NCBI GenBank assembly: GCA_038851325.1
Contig: JAWCKZ010000007.1
Coordinates: 1 to 41,438, forward strand
DNA length: 41,438 nt
Direction: 5' to 3'
From: Candidatus Bilamarchaeaceae archaeon
Lineage (GTDB): Archaea; Micrarchaeota; Micrarchaeia; Anstonellales; Bilamarchaeaceae
Shown here: in pieces, positions 29,353-38,230 of the stretch
Layout of the letters: each line of letters begins with the position of its first letter
Position numbering within the stretch: the first letter of the stretch is position 1
Made by a program: the position numbers and the translations under genes
Notes under the pieces: generated by a model
What the model was told of the DNA's origin: nothing
Database searches by the model: none
Seen by the model: only the letters and a program-made list of their open reading frames with translations

Positions 29353-29670
29353 ATGGTTTGCTATGTTGTACCCCTGGTTGCAGCAGTAGTCCATATGGTG
29401 CTGAGGAAAAAAATACCTGGTCTGAAAAACGACCATCACCAGCGATGGCTCAGTCTTTTATTGATTGGAGCATCAGTATTTGGTGTTATGGACCATTTAT
29501 GGAATGGCGAACTTCTCCTCATCGGAGAGAATGTTATATCAGACCTCATGCTAGGATTCGCCATTCTTACAGCGGTGTTTGTTGTCTGGGGGGTCTTTAT
29601 CGCGCTTGAGAAAATTCCGGAGAAAAGCAATGTGGTCGGTGATGGGATTGTTTATTATGATAACGCATGA
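29353..29670 (+). CDS. Small 3-TM membrane protein with N-terminal Cys and DHxWNGE motif
   Basis: ATG 29353 after GAGGTGA; MVCYVVP...DHHQRW...GVMDHLWNGEL; three hydrophobic stretches. Confidence 0.75.
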   Translation: MVCYVVPLVAAVVHMVLRKKIPGLKNDHHQRWLSLLLIGASVFGVMDHLWNGELLLIGENVISDLMLGFAILTAVFVVWGVFIALEKIPEKSNVVGDGIVYYDNA

Positions 29671-29702
29671 ACGTTTGCCTTTTCAATGAATGAGGTAATC
29701 CC

Positions 29703-30203
29703 ATGTTCGCTTTCATCCCGCATATCCTCTCTTTCGTTTCTGGTTTTCTTGTAAAATGGGTTGACTGGATAGAGGATGAAAGAAAGGGAGAATCACCCTT
29801 AAAATATCCTCTTGCCGTTGTTTACGGCATACTCATTGGCTACATCATAAGCGCTGCACCATTTGCAGAGATATTCCTTGGTGCGCTTGTCGCGCAGGTT
29901 TTCGCAAGGAAGATTGATACTGCATCGCATGCCCTTGGTTTTTTCATTGCAGCCCTGTCGCTTTCGGTTTTCGGATTCCCGCAGATATCGCTTGCACTTT
30001 TCTTTTACTTCCTTGTGCTTGCATTTCTCGATGAAATGAAGTTCGCGGGCAGGCTTGCCTTTGTTTCAGAGCACAGGCTTTTCCTCCCGGTTGGCTCTCT
30101 CGTAATGCTTCTGTTCGGCAGATGGGAATACACGCTTGGGATTCTGTTTTTCGATGCAGGCTACCTTCTGTTTGGAAAGCTTTCAGGTAAATATTTAAAA
30201 TAA
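29703..30203 (+). CDS. Hypothetical multi-pass membrane protein
   Basis: About 5-6 TM segments with acidic motifs KWVDWIEDE, RKIDTASH, AFLDE, FFDAGY; GAGGT RBS. Confidence 0.75.
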   Translation: MFAFIPHILSFVSGFLVKWVDWIEDERKGESPLKYPLAVVYGILIGYIISAAPFAEIFLGALVAQVFARKIDTASHALGFFIAALSLSVFGFPQISLALFFYFLVLAFLDEMKFAGRLAFVSEHRLFLPVGSLVMLLFGRWEYTLGILFFDAGYLLFGKLSGKYLK

Positions 30204-30222
30204 CTCGACGATAATTAGCACC

Positions 30223-31482
30223 ATGTTCGAAATTTTTTTCATACTTGGCCTGACAATCCTCATCGGCTTCGCAGCCACATCTCTCTTCGAAAGAACGCGC
30301 ATATCAGAAGTCATCATCCTCATGCTTTTCGGTTTTCTGCTCGGGCCGGTATTCCACATAGTAGACACGACGCCCGGCTCAGTCATCGTGTCCATATTGC
30401 CTTTTATCGCCACTCTTGCCCTGATAGTGCTTCTGTTTGACGGCGGCATGACGATTGATGTATTTGCTGTCGCGCGCTCCATACAAAGAAGCACGGTGTT
30501 TACCTTGGCCGTGTTTGTCATAAGCGTGATATTCGTAACCATATTCACAACGCTGTTGCTCGGATGGCCTCCTCTCAACGGAATTCTCCTCGGTGCAGTC
30601 ATAGGCGGCACCAGTTCCGCAATCGTGATAGCGATGGTGGAAAAGGTAAACATCTCAAATGATACCAAATCCCTTCTTATAATAGAATCCACGATTACAG
30701 ATGCTCTCTGCATAATCACCGCAGGAATCGTAATCCAGCTCATCGCTGCGCACCAGGCCCCGGAAGCCGGAACAGTTGTCAATCTTTTGCTTTCGTCTTT
30801 CACCATAGCGCTGCTGATGGGGGTGGTCTGCGCTGCTTCGTGGATTGCACTGATGAAGAAATTCTCAACTGTAAAGTACGCATACATGCTAACGCTGGCA
30901 GCCGTATTCGGCCTTTACGCAGTCACAGAGGCGATTAAGGCAAACGGAGGATTTGCTGTGTTCATTTTCGGTCTAGTGCTCGGAAACGCAAGGGAGATTG
31001 GGAATGCGTTTGGAACTAAATTTGAGGCACCTTTGAACCCGATGATCCATCTTTTCCAGGAGGAGATAACCTTCTTCATAAGAACTTTCTTCTTCGTCTA
31101 CATAGGCCTTCTGATTTCACCTGCCTATTTCAACATCGGCGTAATCGGCATCTCAATCGCACTTCTTGTGCTGCTTGCTGCATCGAGGTGGGCGGCGCAA
31201 AAGGCACTTCTTACTGATATTCCCCCGCGCGAACGCAATATTGTTATTGCGATGTTGCCCAGGGGTCTTGCAGCCGCTGTGCTTGCAACGATACCGCTTG
31301 CAAGCGGGATAGTTATCCCAAGCTTCCAGGAACTTGTTTTCAGCCTGATATTTTTCTCGAACATAGTTGCGACTGGAGGCGTCTTCATATTTGATAGGAA
31401 GAGAAAAACAGAAACTAAGTCCACGCCCCAAGCTCCTGGAACTGAAGCACAAATATCACAGCAAGATAAAGACAGTAAATAA
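30223..31482 (+). CDS. Cation:proton antiporter (CPA1/NhaP-like)
   Basis: About 12-13 TMs, LLFDGG, GGTSSAIV, ESTITD, FFFVYIG, PRGLAAAVLA. Confidence 0.9.
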   Translation: MFEIFFILGLTILIGFAATSLFERTRISEVIILMLFGFLLGPVFHIVDTTPGSVIVSILPFIATLALIVLLFDGGMTIDVFAVARSIQRSTVFTLAVFVISVIFVTIFTTLLLGWPPLNGILLGAVIGGTSSAIVIAMVEKVNISNDTKSLLIIESTITDALCIITAGIVIQLIAAHQAPEAGTVVNLLLSSFTIALLMGVVCAASWIALMKKFSTVKYAYMLTLAAVFGLYAVTEAIKANGGFAVFIFGLVLGNAREIGNAFGTKFEAPLNPMIHLFQEEITFFIRTFFFVYIGLLISPAYFNIGVIGISIALLVLLAASRWAAQKALLTDIPPRERNIVIAMLPRGLAAAVLATIPLASGIVIPSFQELVFSLIFFSNIVATGGVFIFDRKRKTETKSTPQAPGTEAQISQQDKDSK

Positions 31483-32386
31483 GCAGGAACACTGCGCCGC
31501 CGTACCTGCCTATTGATTTTTTGACTGCGGCCACATATAGTAGCAGCATGTTTGCTATGACTGCAAAAAGAAGAGCTGCAATGAATACCGGCAGCCGCAC
31601 CTGAATGGGATTGAACACCGCCGCCGTGCCCAATACAAGAGTCAGGTTTACCATGTTGCTTCCTATGGCGTCGCCCATGGCGAGCCCATAATGTCTTTTC
31701 CGTATCGCCTGAACGTCTATGCTGAGCTCAGGCAGGGAGGTGCCCACTGCAATTATCGTTGCTCCTATGAAACTCTCGGCTATGCCCAATATCGTTGCAA
31801 GCTTTACGGCAGACTCCACCACAAAACCTGCGCTTATTATTACGATTATTATAGAAACACAGAACAGAAGAAATGCCCGCAGCGCCTGCTCCTTTGTGAC
31901 GCTCTCTTGCGCATTCTTCGCGATTCTCCTTTGTTTCAGCGTATGCCATGCATAAACCGCAAAAATAAGCAGTAAAACCGCACCTTCAAAAAAACCAAGA
32001 GTCCGCTCCTGGACAGCGCTGCCAAAAATTATGTAAACAGATACCACGGTCGTCAGGAGGAGCACAAGGCCAATGTCCCTCAGATTGGAAGGGCTTATCT
32101 TCAGGCCGTAAAGAAATGCACCTAGGCCGAGCACAAGAAGGATATTGGCAATGTTCGAGCCGAAAACGTTTCCGGCAGCTATCGCCCCTTCCCCCATTAC
32201 TGAAGAGGTCACTGAAACAGAAAGCTCGGGAAGACTTGTTGCAGCTGCAATAAGGGTGAACCCTACCGCAAGCTGGCTTATCCTGAAAAAGACCGAAAGC
32301 TTCGCAGCATTGTCCACGACGACGCTAGAAGCTTTTGACAGGATGGCTACGGAGACTACCAGTATCGCGAATTCAAGCAATGCCAT
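31415..32386 (-). CDS. Na+/Ca2+ exchanger family (CaCA, YrbG/NCX_Mj-like) antiporter
   Basis: Alpha-repeats ATSLPE...GSNIAN and GTSLPE...GSNMVN; about 10 TMs; ATG 32386 or TTG 32395. Confidence 0.92.
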   Translation of the reverse strand: MALLEFAILVVSVAILSKASSVVVDNAAKLSVFFRISQLAVGFTLIAAATSLPELSVSVTSSVMGEGAIAAGNVFGSNIANILLVLGLGAFLYGLKISPSNLRDIGLVLLLTTVVSVYIIFGSAVQERTLGFFEGAVLLLIFAVYAWHTLKQRRIAKNAQESVTKEQALRAFLLFCVSIIIVIISAGFVVESAVKLATILGIAESFIGATIIAVGTSLPELSIDVQAIRKRHYGLAMGDAIGSNMVNLTLVLGTAAVFNPIQVRLPVFIAALLFAVIANMLLLYVAAVKKSIGRYGGAVFLLIYCLYLAVIFVLQFQELGAWT

Positions 32387-32556
32387 TTCAATCAAAACAA
32401 ACGTGGCGCGTAAAAATTTATAAATTGCTTTCTTTTACCGTAACAGGCGAAAAGGTGGACATCCTGCAGATGTACGAAAAATGCTGAATGGCCTTATTCT
32501 GGAAAATCTTGAGCAAAATAAAAAGAAATATTAACCGGAAAAAACAAATAGGAAAC

Positions 32557-33459
32557 ATGCCTGACCTTGATTTTGCAGTCAAATACCCCTTTTCCTCAGA
32601 TGCGAAGGAAGCGGTCAGCGGCATTGAGGTAACGGACGAAATTGTGGAGAAGGCGGTTGGGCTTATCCTTTCAGCCATGGTTGATAATGTACGGACAAAA
32701 CAATATCTTAGCGACGAGGAAAAAAAAGAGGATGTAGCGGCATACGCTGTTGCGCGTATGATCCTCGGTGCTATGAGAAACAGGTATGTAACCGGAAAGT
32801 TCGCAGTTGCAATAGCAAAACTCACGAGAAGAAATTTGAACCAGGAAAGCGAAGAGAAACTAAAGCGAATTAGCGCTATGTTCGGTATAAGAAGCAGAGA
32901 TGACGAGGTATTCATTGTGGATTATCTACGATTTTCTCCGAAAGAACCACACTATGCTCTCCTTACCAGAAAGCTGAACAAAGGGTGGGTGAAGATAACT
33001 GATAGCGAGAAAAAAAGATTGATAGAAGAAGCTGTGCGGAAACATGTAGAACACATCCCGCTTGTTAAGAATCCATCAAAAGCTGTGAAAGATGCTATTC
33101 TCCGGATAGAAAAAGAACTTCCTAGGAGAGAGCAGAAGATTGTACCTAAATTAGAAGAGCATCCACCATGTGTATCGCATCTTCTAGATGAGATCAAGAA
33201 GCATCACAACCTACCGCACCATGCGAGATGGTTCCTTGCGGTATATCTTATAGAACAAGGATTAAGCAATGATGAAATAGTTGCGCTTTATTCAAATCTT
33301 CCAGATTTCGAGGAGAAGAAAACAAGATATCAGATTGAACATGCGAGAAAGCGGGGTTACACAGTACCCTCATGCGCAACAATAGCATCCTACGGAATAT
33401 GCGTAGCCAACTGTGGTATAAGCTCGCCGACAAAGTGGAGGGGAAAACGCAATGAGTGA
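32557..33459 (+). CDS. priL: DNA primase large subunit
   Basis: KYPFS N-terminus, HPPCV, LPHHARWFLAVYL, PDF..KTRYQIEH, YTVPSC..C..C Fe-S domain; ATG 32557 preferred. Confidence 0.92.
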   Translation: MPDLDFAVKYPFSSDAKEAVSGIEVTDEIVEKAVGLILSAMVDNVRTKQYLSDEEKKEDVAAYAVARMILGAMRNRYVTGKFAVAIAKLTRRNLNQESEEKLKRISAMFGIRSRDDEVFIVDYLRFSPKEPHYALLTRKLNKGWVKITDSEKKRLIEEAVRKHVEHIPLVKNPSKAVKDAILRIEKELPRREQKIVPKLEEHPPCVSHLLDEIKKHHNLPHHARWFLAVYLIEQGLSNDEIVALYSNLPDFEEKKTRYQIEHARKRGYTVPSCATIASYGICVANCGISSPTKWRGKRNE

Positions 33460-34528
33460 AGAATTTGTCAGAAGGGTTATTTCACGGTATTACAAACAAG
33501 CAGAATTCGACATAAAATCCATAGCCCAAAGAGAGTTTGGGGTTGGTAGCACAAAGAAGATAGACGCGCGTCATCTTTCCTTCGCAACTACGGACGAACT
33601 CAAAAATTTTCTCGTTGCAAACGCTCCATTATTTGTTTCTCATTCCGCTGCGTATTACAGATATCCGGCAGCCGTCCCAATGGAAAAAAAAGAGAGAATA
33701 GCAGCAGACCTTATATTTGACCTTGATCTTCACACAGAAGGCAAATATGATGTGTACGCAAAACTGGGTGTTATGAAGGAAGAAGTTATCAAACTCATTG
33801 AGGATTTTCTTATTGCAGATTTTGGCCTAAGTAAGAAAGACATACTCGCAGCCTTCTCAGGAAATCGGGGGTATCACATCCATGTCAGAAACGATGATTT
33901 TGCAACCCTTGGAAGCGATGAAAGACGCGAAATAATGAACTATGTAAGGGGAGAGGGCTTGAATATAAAACAGTTTTTTGAATGGAAAGAAACGAGTGGA
34001 AGACAAAAACAACTTATTGGACCTACGCCTTTTGATGGCGGCTACAGAGGAAGGCTTGCAGCTCTCGTTTTAAAAGAGCCGATGAAAATATCAAGGATTT
34101 TTGCTGACCAACGAAGAAAAGAACACTTCGTGGAGGAAATAAAACATGGTAATTGGAGTGGTGTGACTCTGAGGTTAGATGAACTACTTGAACGAGTGGA
34201 GAAACTTAAGTACGAACTTATAATACGCGCGGTAAACGCTGACCCTGCTGTGACCTATGACTTGAGCAAGCTCATCAGGGTACCGAACAGTATTCATGGC
34301 GAAACAGGGTTTGTTGCGAAGATTGTGAATGACATAAACACGTTCGAACCGCTTAGGCATGCGGTGATAAATGGGCCAGAGGTTGGGGTTTTGTTCAGAG
34401 AGGCTGTTCCCTCCATTGAAATGTTAGGAGAAACGATCGGCCCATTTGTAGCTGAACAAAGGGCTGAGCTTCCCCTTGGAGCGGCAATGTTTTTTTTACT
34501 TAAGAAAAGCGCAGAGTTGATTTCATGA
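33452..34528 (+). CDS. priS: DNA primase catalytic small subunit
   Basis: QREFG, SAAYY, DLIFDLD, FSGNRGYHIH, D..VT.D..KLIRVPNSIHGETG. Confidence 0.96.
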   Translation: MSEEFVRRVISRYYKQAEFDIKSIAQREFGVGSTKKIDARHLSFATTDELKNFLVANAPLFVSHSAAYYRYPAAVPMEKKERIAADLIFDLDLHTEGKYDVYAKLGVMKEEVIKLIEDFLIADFGLSKKDILAAFSGNRGYHIHVRNDDFATLGSDERREIMNYVRGEGLNIKQFFEWKETSGRQKQLIGPTPFDGGYRGRLAALVLKEPMKISRIFADQRRKEHFVEEIKHGNWSGVTLRLDELLERVEKLKYELIIRAVNADPAVTYDLSKLIRVPNSIHGETGFVAKIVNDINTFEPLRHAVINGPEVGVLFREAVPSIEMLGETIGPFVAEQRAELPLGAAMFFLLKKSAELIS

Positions 34529-34860
34529 TAGAGAAGTACGATTTCGGCGTCATTGTAATCAACGGCAAGGAATACAAAAAAGATGTTCTGCTGTTCGAGG
34601 ATAAAGTATTTCCGAATTGGTGGAGAAAAGAAGGGCATCATCTCTATCTCGCGGATTTGGAAAAAATATTGAAATTAAACCCGACAATCCTTGTAATCGG
34701 AACGGGATACAGTGGTGTTATGGTTGTAGACAACGAGGTAGGTCAGTATTGCAAAGAGGAGGGTATAAAACTTATCATGGAAAAAACTGGCGAGGCTGTT
34801 AAGGCATACAACTCGATGCTCGGAAAGAGCGTTGCCGGCGCATTGCATCTAACATGTTAA
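34525..34860 (+). CDS. Mth938-like domain protein
   Basis: YDFGVIVINGKEY, WWRKEGH, LVIGTGYSG, T.EAVKAYN, ALHLTC. Confidence 0.92.
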   Translation: MIEKYDFGVIVINGKEYKKDVLLFEDKVFPNWWRKEGHHLYLADLEKILKLNPTILVIGTGYSGVMVVDNEVGQYCKEEGIKLIMEKTGEAVKAYNSMLGKSVAGALHLTC

Positions 34861-34952
34861 TACGCTCACGCGCACGCTAAGATTTTTAATGCCTTCAAAA
34901 TCCAAAATACTATGAGCGCGCTAGCCACAGCGAAACAAAAGGGCTGTTGAGT

Positions 34953-35087
34953 ATGAAAGAGAATGAAGAAGTGGGGAAAAAAGCCATAGAAAGCGGACGC
35001 TGTCCAGTCTGCGGAGCGAAGCTAATTCATAAAGAAGGTTGTGTTGAATGCCCCCAGTGTGGCTGGAGTGTATGTATCGAAGCGTAG
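34953..35087 (+). CDS. 44-aa Cys-rich zinc-ribbon peptide resembling the C-terminal tail of class II ribonucleotide reductase (missed by ORF track)
   Basis: MKENEEVGKKAIESGRCPVCGAKLIHKEGCVECPQCGWSVCIEA: CPxCG-x2-L-x3-EGC-x2-C-x2-CG-x-S-x-C. Confidence 0.8.
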   Translation: MKENEEVGKKAIESGRCPVCGAKLIHKEGCVECPQCGWSVCIEA

Positions 35088-35109
35088 CTATTAAAAGCAA
35101 AAGCAGACG

Positions 35110-35769
35110 TTAAAGGGTCCAAATAAACACATAAACAGACAAGATTAAGAGCAAAAGAGTAAGAAGGCGGCAAGGAAGAACCTCAGGAGGCTCGCTCTCT
35201 GGCACGCTCGATACAGTTTGATTTTCTTCGGTCTCACTCTCGTGTACGCTTGTGCTGATGTTCTCAGATATGTTTCCTTTCTCCTTTTGCGGTTGCTGCA
35301 CACTTGCATTATCGCTGGGCGGCACTGTTCTGTTTTCCTTGGAAGGCGTTGCGGAAGGCTGCTGCGAAGGCTGTTGCTCATCACACCTAGGAAGCACAAA
35401 ATGGGCCTCTTTAGTAATAAAATCTTGTTTTTCGACTACCACAAGAAAAATATTTCGCATCAATTTTGGGTCTCCGATCAACGTGTATTGATAATCGCCG
35501 CTTGCATTTGTTAAACCAGTCCCAAGCAGGGGAGTGTAGCGCTCTTCGTAAAAAAGCCTGACAATCGCAGAAGAAACAGGCGCACTTGTAACTTCATCTG
35601 CTATGTGAACAAAGAGTGTTTTGTTGCAATCGTAAAACAACGAAATGTTAAAATGCTGCGTCCCTTCCACACCCGTCTCTTTTTGTTCCATGATCGGTAT
35701 CTCGACAGAAAAAAGCACCGTCGATAAGATTAGTATGGAAATAAATTTTTTGCAAATTGATGTGCCCAC
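35110..35769 (-). CDS. Predicted surface protein: signal peptide, beta-sandwich domain, S/E/Q/P-rich linker, C-terminal anchor
   Basis: N-terminal KK plus hydrophobic stretch; PVSSAIVRLF..GLTNASG; low-complexity linker; terminal PCRLLTLLLLILSVYVFIW. Confidence 0.7.
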   Translation of the reverse strand: MGTSICKKFISILILSTVLFSVEIPIMEQKETGVEGTQHFNISLFYDCNKTLFVHIADEVTSAPVSSAIVRLFYEERYTPLLGTGLTNASGDYQYTLIGDPKLMRNIFLVVVEKQDFITKEAHFVLPRCDEQQPSQQPSATPSKENRTVPPSDNASVQQPQKEKGNISENISTSVHESETEENQTVSSVPESEPPEVLPCRLLTLLLLILSVYVFIWTL

Positions 35770-36732
35770 TTAACGACCTCTTCCTATTGCTGCAAAATGA
35801 GCAAGCAGCGCTTCGATTTGGATGCGTTCATTTGCACCCTGAACAAGCCTGAAGTTGTATTCGCCGATGCGGTCAACCAGAAGAAGCTTTTTTTGTTCTG
35901 GTATGTTCAGATTTGGTATCTCTCTATAAACCTGAAACAGAATGTCCTCTCCGCTCAAGCCATAATGCACAATTAGCATATCGAGCCTTTCTCTCGATTT
36001 CAGGAAATCTCCGGAAAGTGCAAGCTCGATCATTTCTTTTATCTCTTTTGGCTTTGCTCTACTACTTATCCTATGTACAAGCTCTGCTGTGATGTGCTTC
36101 GAGTGCATGGAAGCACCCTGCAGCGCGTTTATCGCTTTTCGCATATCTCCTTCTGAGATGTAGTAAAGCGCAGAGCAAGCCTCTTCATCAAGTTTAAGCT
36201 TTTCCTCTTTTGCGATGTGTTCAAGCGCTCTTTTTACATCCCTCTCCTCAAGGGGGAGAAACCTGAAGAGAGCGCAACGACTTTGAAGAGGCTCTATTAT
36301 ACGGGAGGAGTAATTTGCTGATATAATAAAGCGCGTCACTTTCGCATAGCTTTCCATAGTGCGCCTCAGCGCCTGCTGTGCATCTGCGGTAAGCGCGTCT
36401 CCCTCATCAAGGAAGATAAGTTTGAAGGGCGCACCGCCAATCGCAACGCTTCGCGCAAAATCCTTTATTCTTCCACGAACAACATCTATCCCGCGCTCAT
36501 CACTTGCGTTTAGTTCTATGAAATTTCCACTGATGTGATCTCCAAAAAGCTCGTGAGCAAGTGCAAGTGCGCAGGTCGTTTTTCCAGTTCCAGGAGGGCC
36601 TGCAAAAAGAAGATTCGGCATATTTCCTGCCTTTACGTATGCCTCAAGTGATTTTACAGCCTCGCCCTGACCGATAACATCAGAGAGTTTCCGCGGCCGG
36701 TATTTCTCCGTCCACGGAAGAAAATCTTCCAT
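35770..36732 (-). CDS. rfcS: Replication factor C small subunit
   Basis: PWTEKYRP, GPPGTGKT, ELNASDERGIDVVR, QSRC, EGDMRKAIN; no intein. Confidence 0.98.
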   Translation of the reverse strand: MEDFLPWTEKYRPRKLSDVIGQGEAVKSLEAYVKAGNMPNLLFAGPPGTGKTTCALALAHELFGDHISGNFIELNASDERGIDVVRGRIKDFARSVAIGGAPFKLIFLDEGDALTADAQQALRRTMESYAKVTRFIISANYSSRIIEPLQSRCALFRFLPLEERDVKRALEHIAKEEKLKLDEEACSALYYISEGDMRKAINALQGASMHSKHITAELVHRISSRAKPKEIKEMIELALSGDFLKSRERLDMLIVHYGLSGEDILFQVYREIPNLNIPEQKKLLLVDRIGEYNFRLVQGANERIQIEALLAHFAAIGRGR

Positions 36733-36758
36733 CAAAACACCTTAACACTCGTGGCGTG

Positions 36759-37673
36759 CTAAAGATTAATCTTAAGACCCAGTTCTTTTTTCAGCTCTCT
36801 GTATCTATTTCGGATAGTAACCTCAGTAACCCCCGCTACGTCCGCCACTTCTTTCTGCGTTTTCTTTGCGCCATGCATAGCAGACGCTATGTAAAGTGCA
36901 GCAGCAGCAACACCAGTCGGACCTCTTCCGGATATAAGCCCCTTTCTAAGCGCTTTTTTTATTAGTTTTACAGCGTCGTCCTGAATATCCCCGCCAAGCT
37001 TCAACGCTGCCGCGAACTTTGGAACATACTGCGATGGGTCTGTAAGCGGCACATCTATACCCAATTCCGCTTTCAAGAATCTATACGCTCTTCCGATTTC
37101 CTTCTTCTCTATGCCAGAGGCCTTTGCTATCTCATCGAGCGTCCTTGGTATGCCCCTCATTCTACAAATCGCGTATATAACAGCTGCCACAACACTTTCG
37201 ATAAGCCGGCCACGAATGAGTTCGTCCTTTACCGCCCTCCTGTAAAGCAGGGCAGCACTCTCTTTTATATTTTCTGGCAAACCGAGCGCAGATGCAACCC
37301 TATCAAGTTCTGTAAGCGCAATTATGAGGTTTCTTTCCATAGAGGATGAGACAGATGCTCTCTTATGCCACCTTCGCATTCTGTAAAGCTGTGCCTGTTT
37401 CTTTGCAGAGATCTTCCCTCCGCGAATGTCACGGTTGTACTGGTCTATTTCTGTGACAAGACCCTTATTCGGTCTCATGTACTTTATAGGTGCTCCACCA
37501 CGCGCCTTTTTTTCTTTCTGCTCCGCATCAAATGCACGCCATTCTGGACCCTGGTCCTGAATATTTTCAGCAATTATGAGACCACAGTCCGCGCATATTA
37601 TCTCTCCACGCTCATAATCACGAATTAGCCTTCTACTTTTGCACTCTGGGCATTTTTTCGTAGTTGTTGCCAT
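36759..37673 (-). CDS. tfb: Transcription initiation factor IIB
   Basis: Zn ribbon CPEC..CADCG, DQGPEWRAF, two cyclin repeats, VAGVTEVTIRNRY; start ATG 37673 after GAGGTG (track extends to 37736). Confidence 0.98.
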   Translation of the reverse strand: MATTTKKCPECKSRRLIRDYERGEIICADCGLIIAENIQDQGPEWRAFDAEQKEKKARGGAPIKYMRPNKGLVTEIDQYNRDIRGGKISAKKQAQLYRMRRWHKRASVSSSMERNLIIALTELDRVASALGLPENIKESAALLYRRAVKDELIRGRLIESVVAAVIYAICRMRGIPRTLDEIAKASGIEKKEIGRAYRFLKAELGIDVPLTDPSQYVPKFAAALKLGGDIQDDAVKLIKKALRKGLISGRGPTGVAAAALYIASAMHGAKKTQKEVADVAGVTEVTIRNRYRELKKELGLKINL

Positions 37674-38003
37674 ATAACGACACCTCAGCCTAAAGTAAAT
37701 TTTAAAAATGTTACGTTTTTTATTTGAAAAGAGCATATTTATAAATTTTTCGGTGCCGCGCTCCCTATTTTTCAGAGACTGCCATAATTTATTCTCTGTA
37801 GTTAGATCATACTCCTACTAATTCCTATTAATAAAGTCTAATATATAACAGAGATAAAGAACTTCCAAAGGGATCGCCTCGATAGTTTTATAAATGTTCT
37901 CTGCTCTCGATGTGCCCTCGCTGCTTCAAGATAAATTTATAAATTCTATCTCGGATATAAAGGCGCCGCGCAAAGGGCGGCAAAGAATTAAAAGGTGAAA
38001 ATT

Positions 38004-38225
38004 ATGGCAAAAAGAGAGAAGGTAACCTCTGAGAGGATAGATAGGGAGGAAGGATATCTCTATTATATAGGAAAAGATGGGTATGTTTGGGCCGCACCCA
38101 TGAAACACAATAAAGGCGGGAGAAAGAAAAAGGTGGGAAATGAAAAGATAACAAAAGAAAAAGGTTTCATGTACTTTGTTGGCACTGATGGGTATGTTTA
38201 CAAAGTAAGAATGAAAAACGCCTAG
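38004..38225 (+). CDS. Small basic protein made of two tandem ~33-aa repeats
   Basis: KREKVTSERIDREEGYLYYIGKDGYVWAAPMK / RKKKVGNEKITKEKGFMYFVGTDGYVYKVRMK; AAGGTGA RBS, TTTATAAA box upstream, T-tract downstream. Confidence 0.85.
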   Translation: MAKREKVTSERIDREEGYLYYIGKDGYVWAAPMKHNKGGRKKKVGNEKITKEKGFMYFVGTDGYVYKVRMKNA

Positions 38226-38230
38226 ATTCA

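Noticed and set aside
7139..36732. Inteins in common host genes (atpA, lonB, rfcS)
   Set aside because: Lengths are normal and no splicing or LAGLIDADG motifs are visible; the ~40-aa LonB insertion is too short and lacks intein termini.
37793..37854. Imperfect inverted repeat TCTCTGT..TTAGA / TCTAA..ACAGAGA as a dif site or replication origin
   Set aside because: Spacing does not fit the 11-6-11 dif layout, and there is no ORB-like G-string repeat or cdc6 gene nearby.
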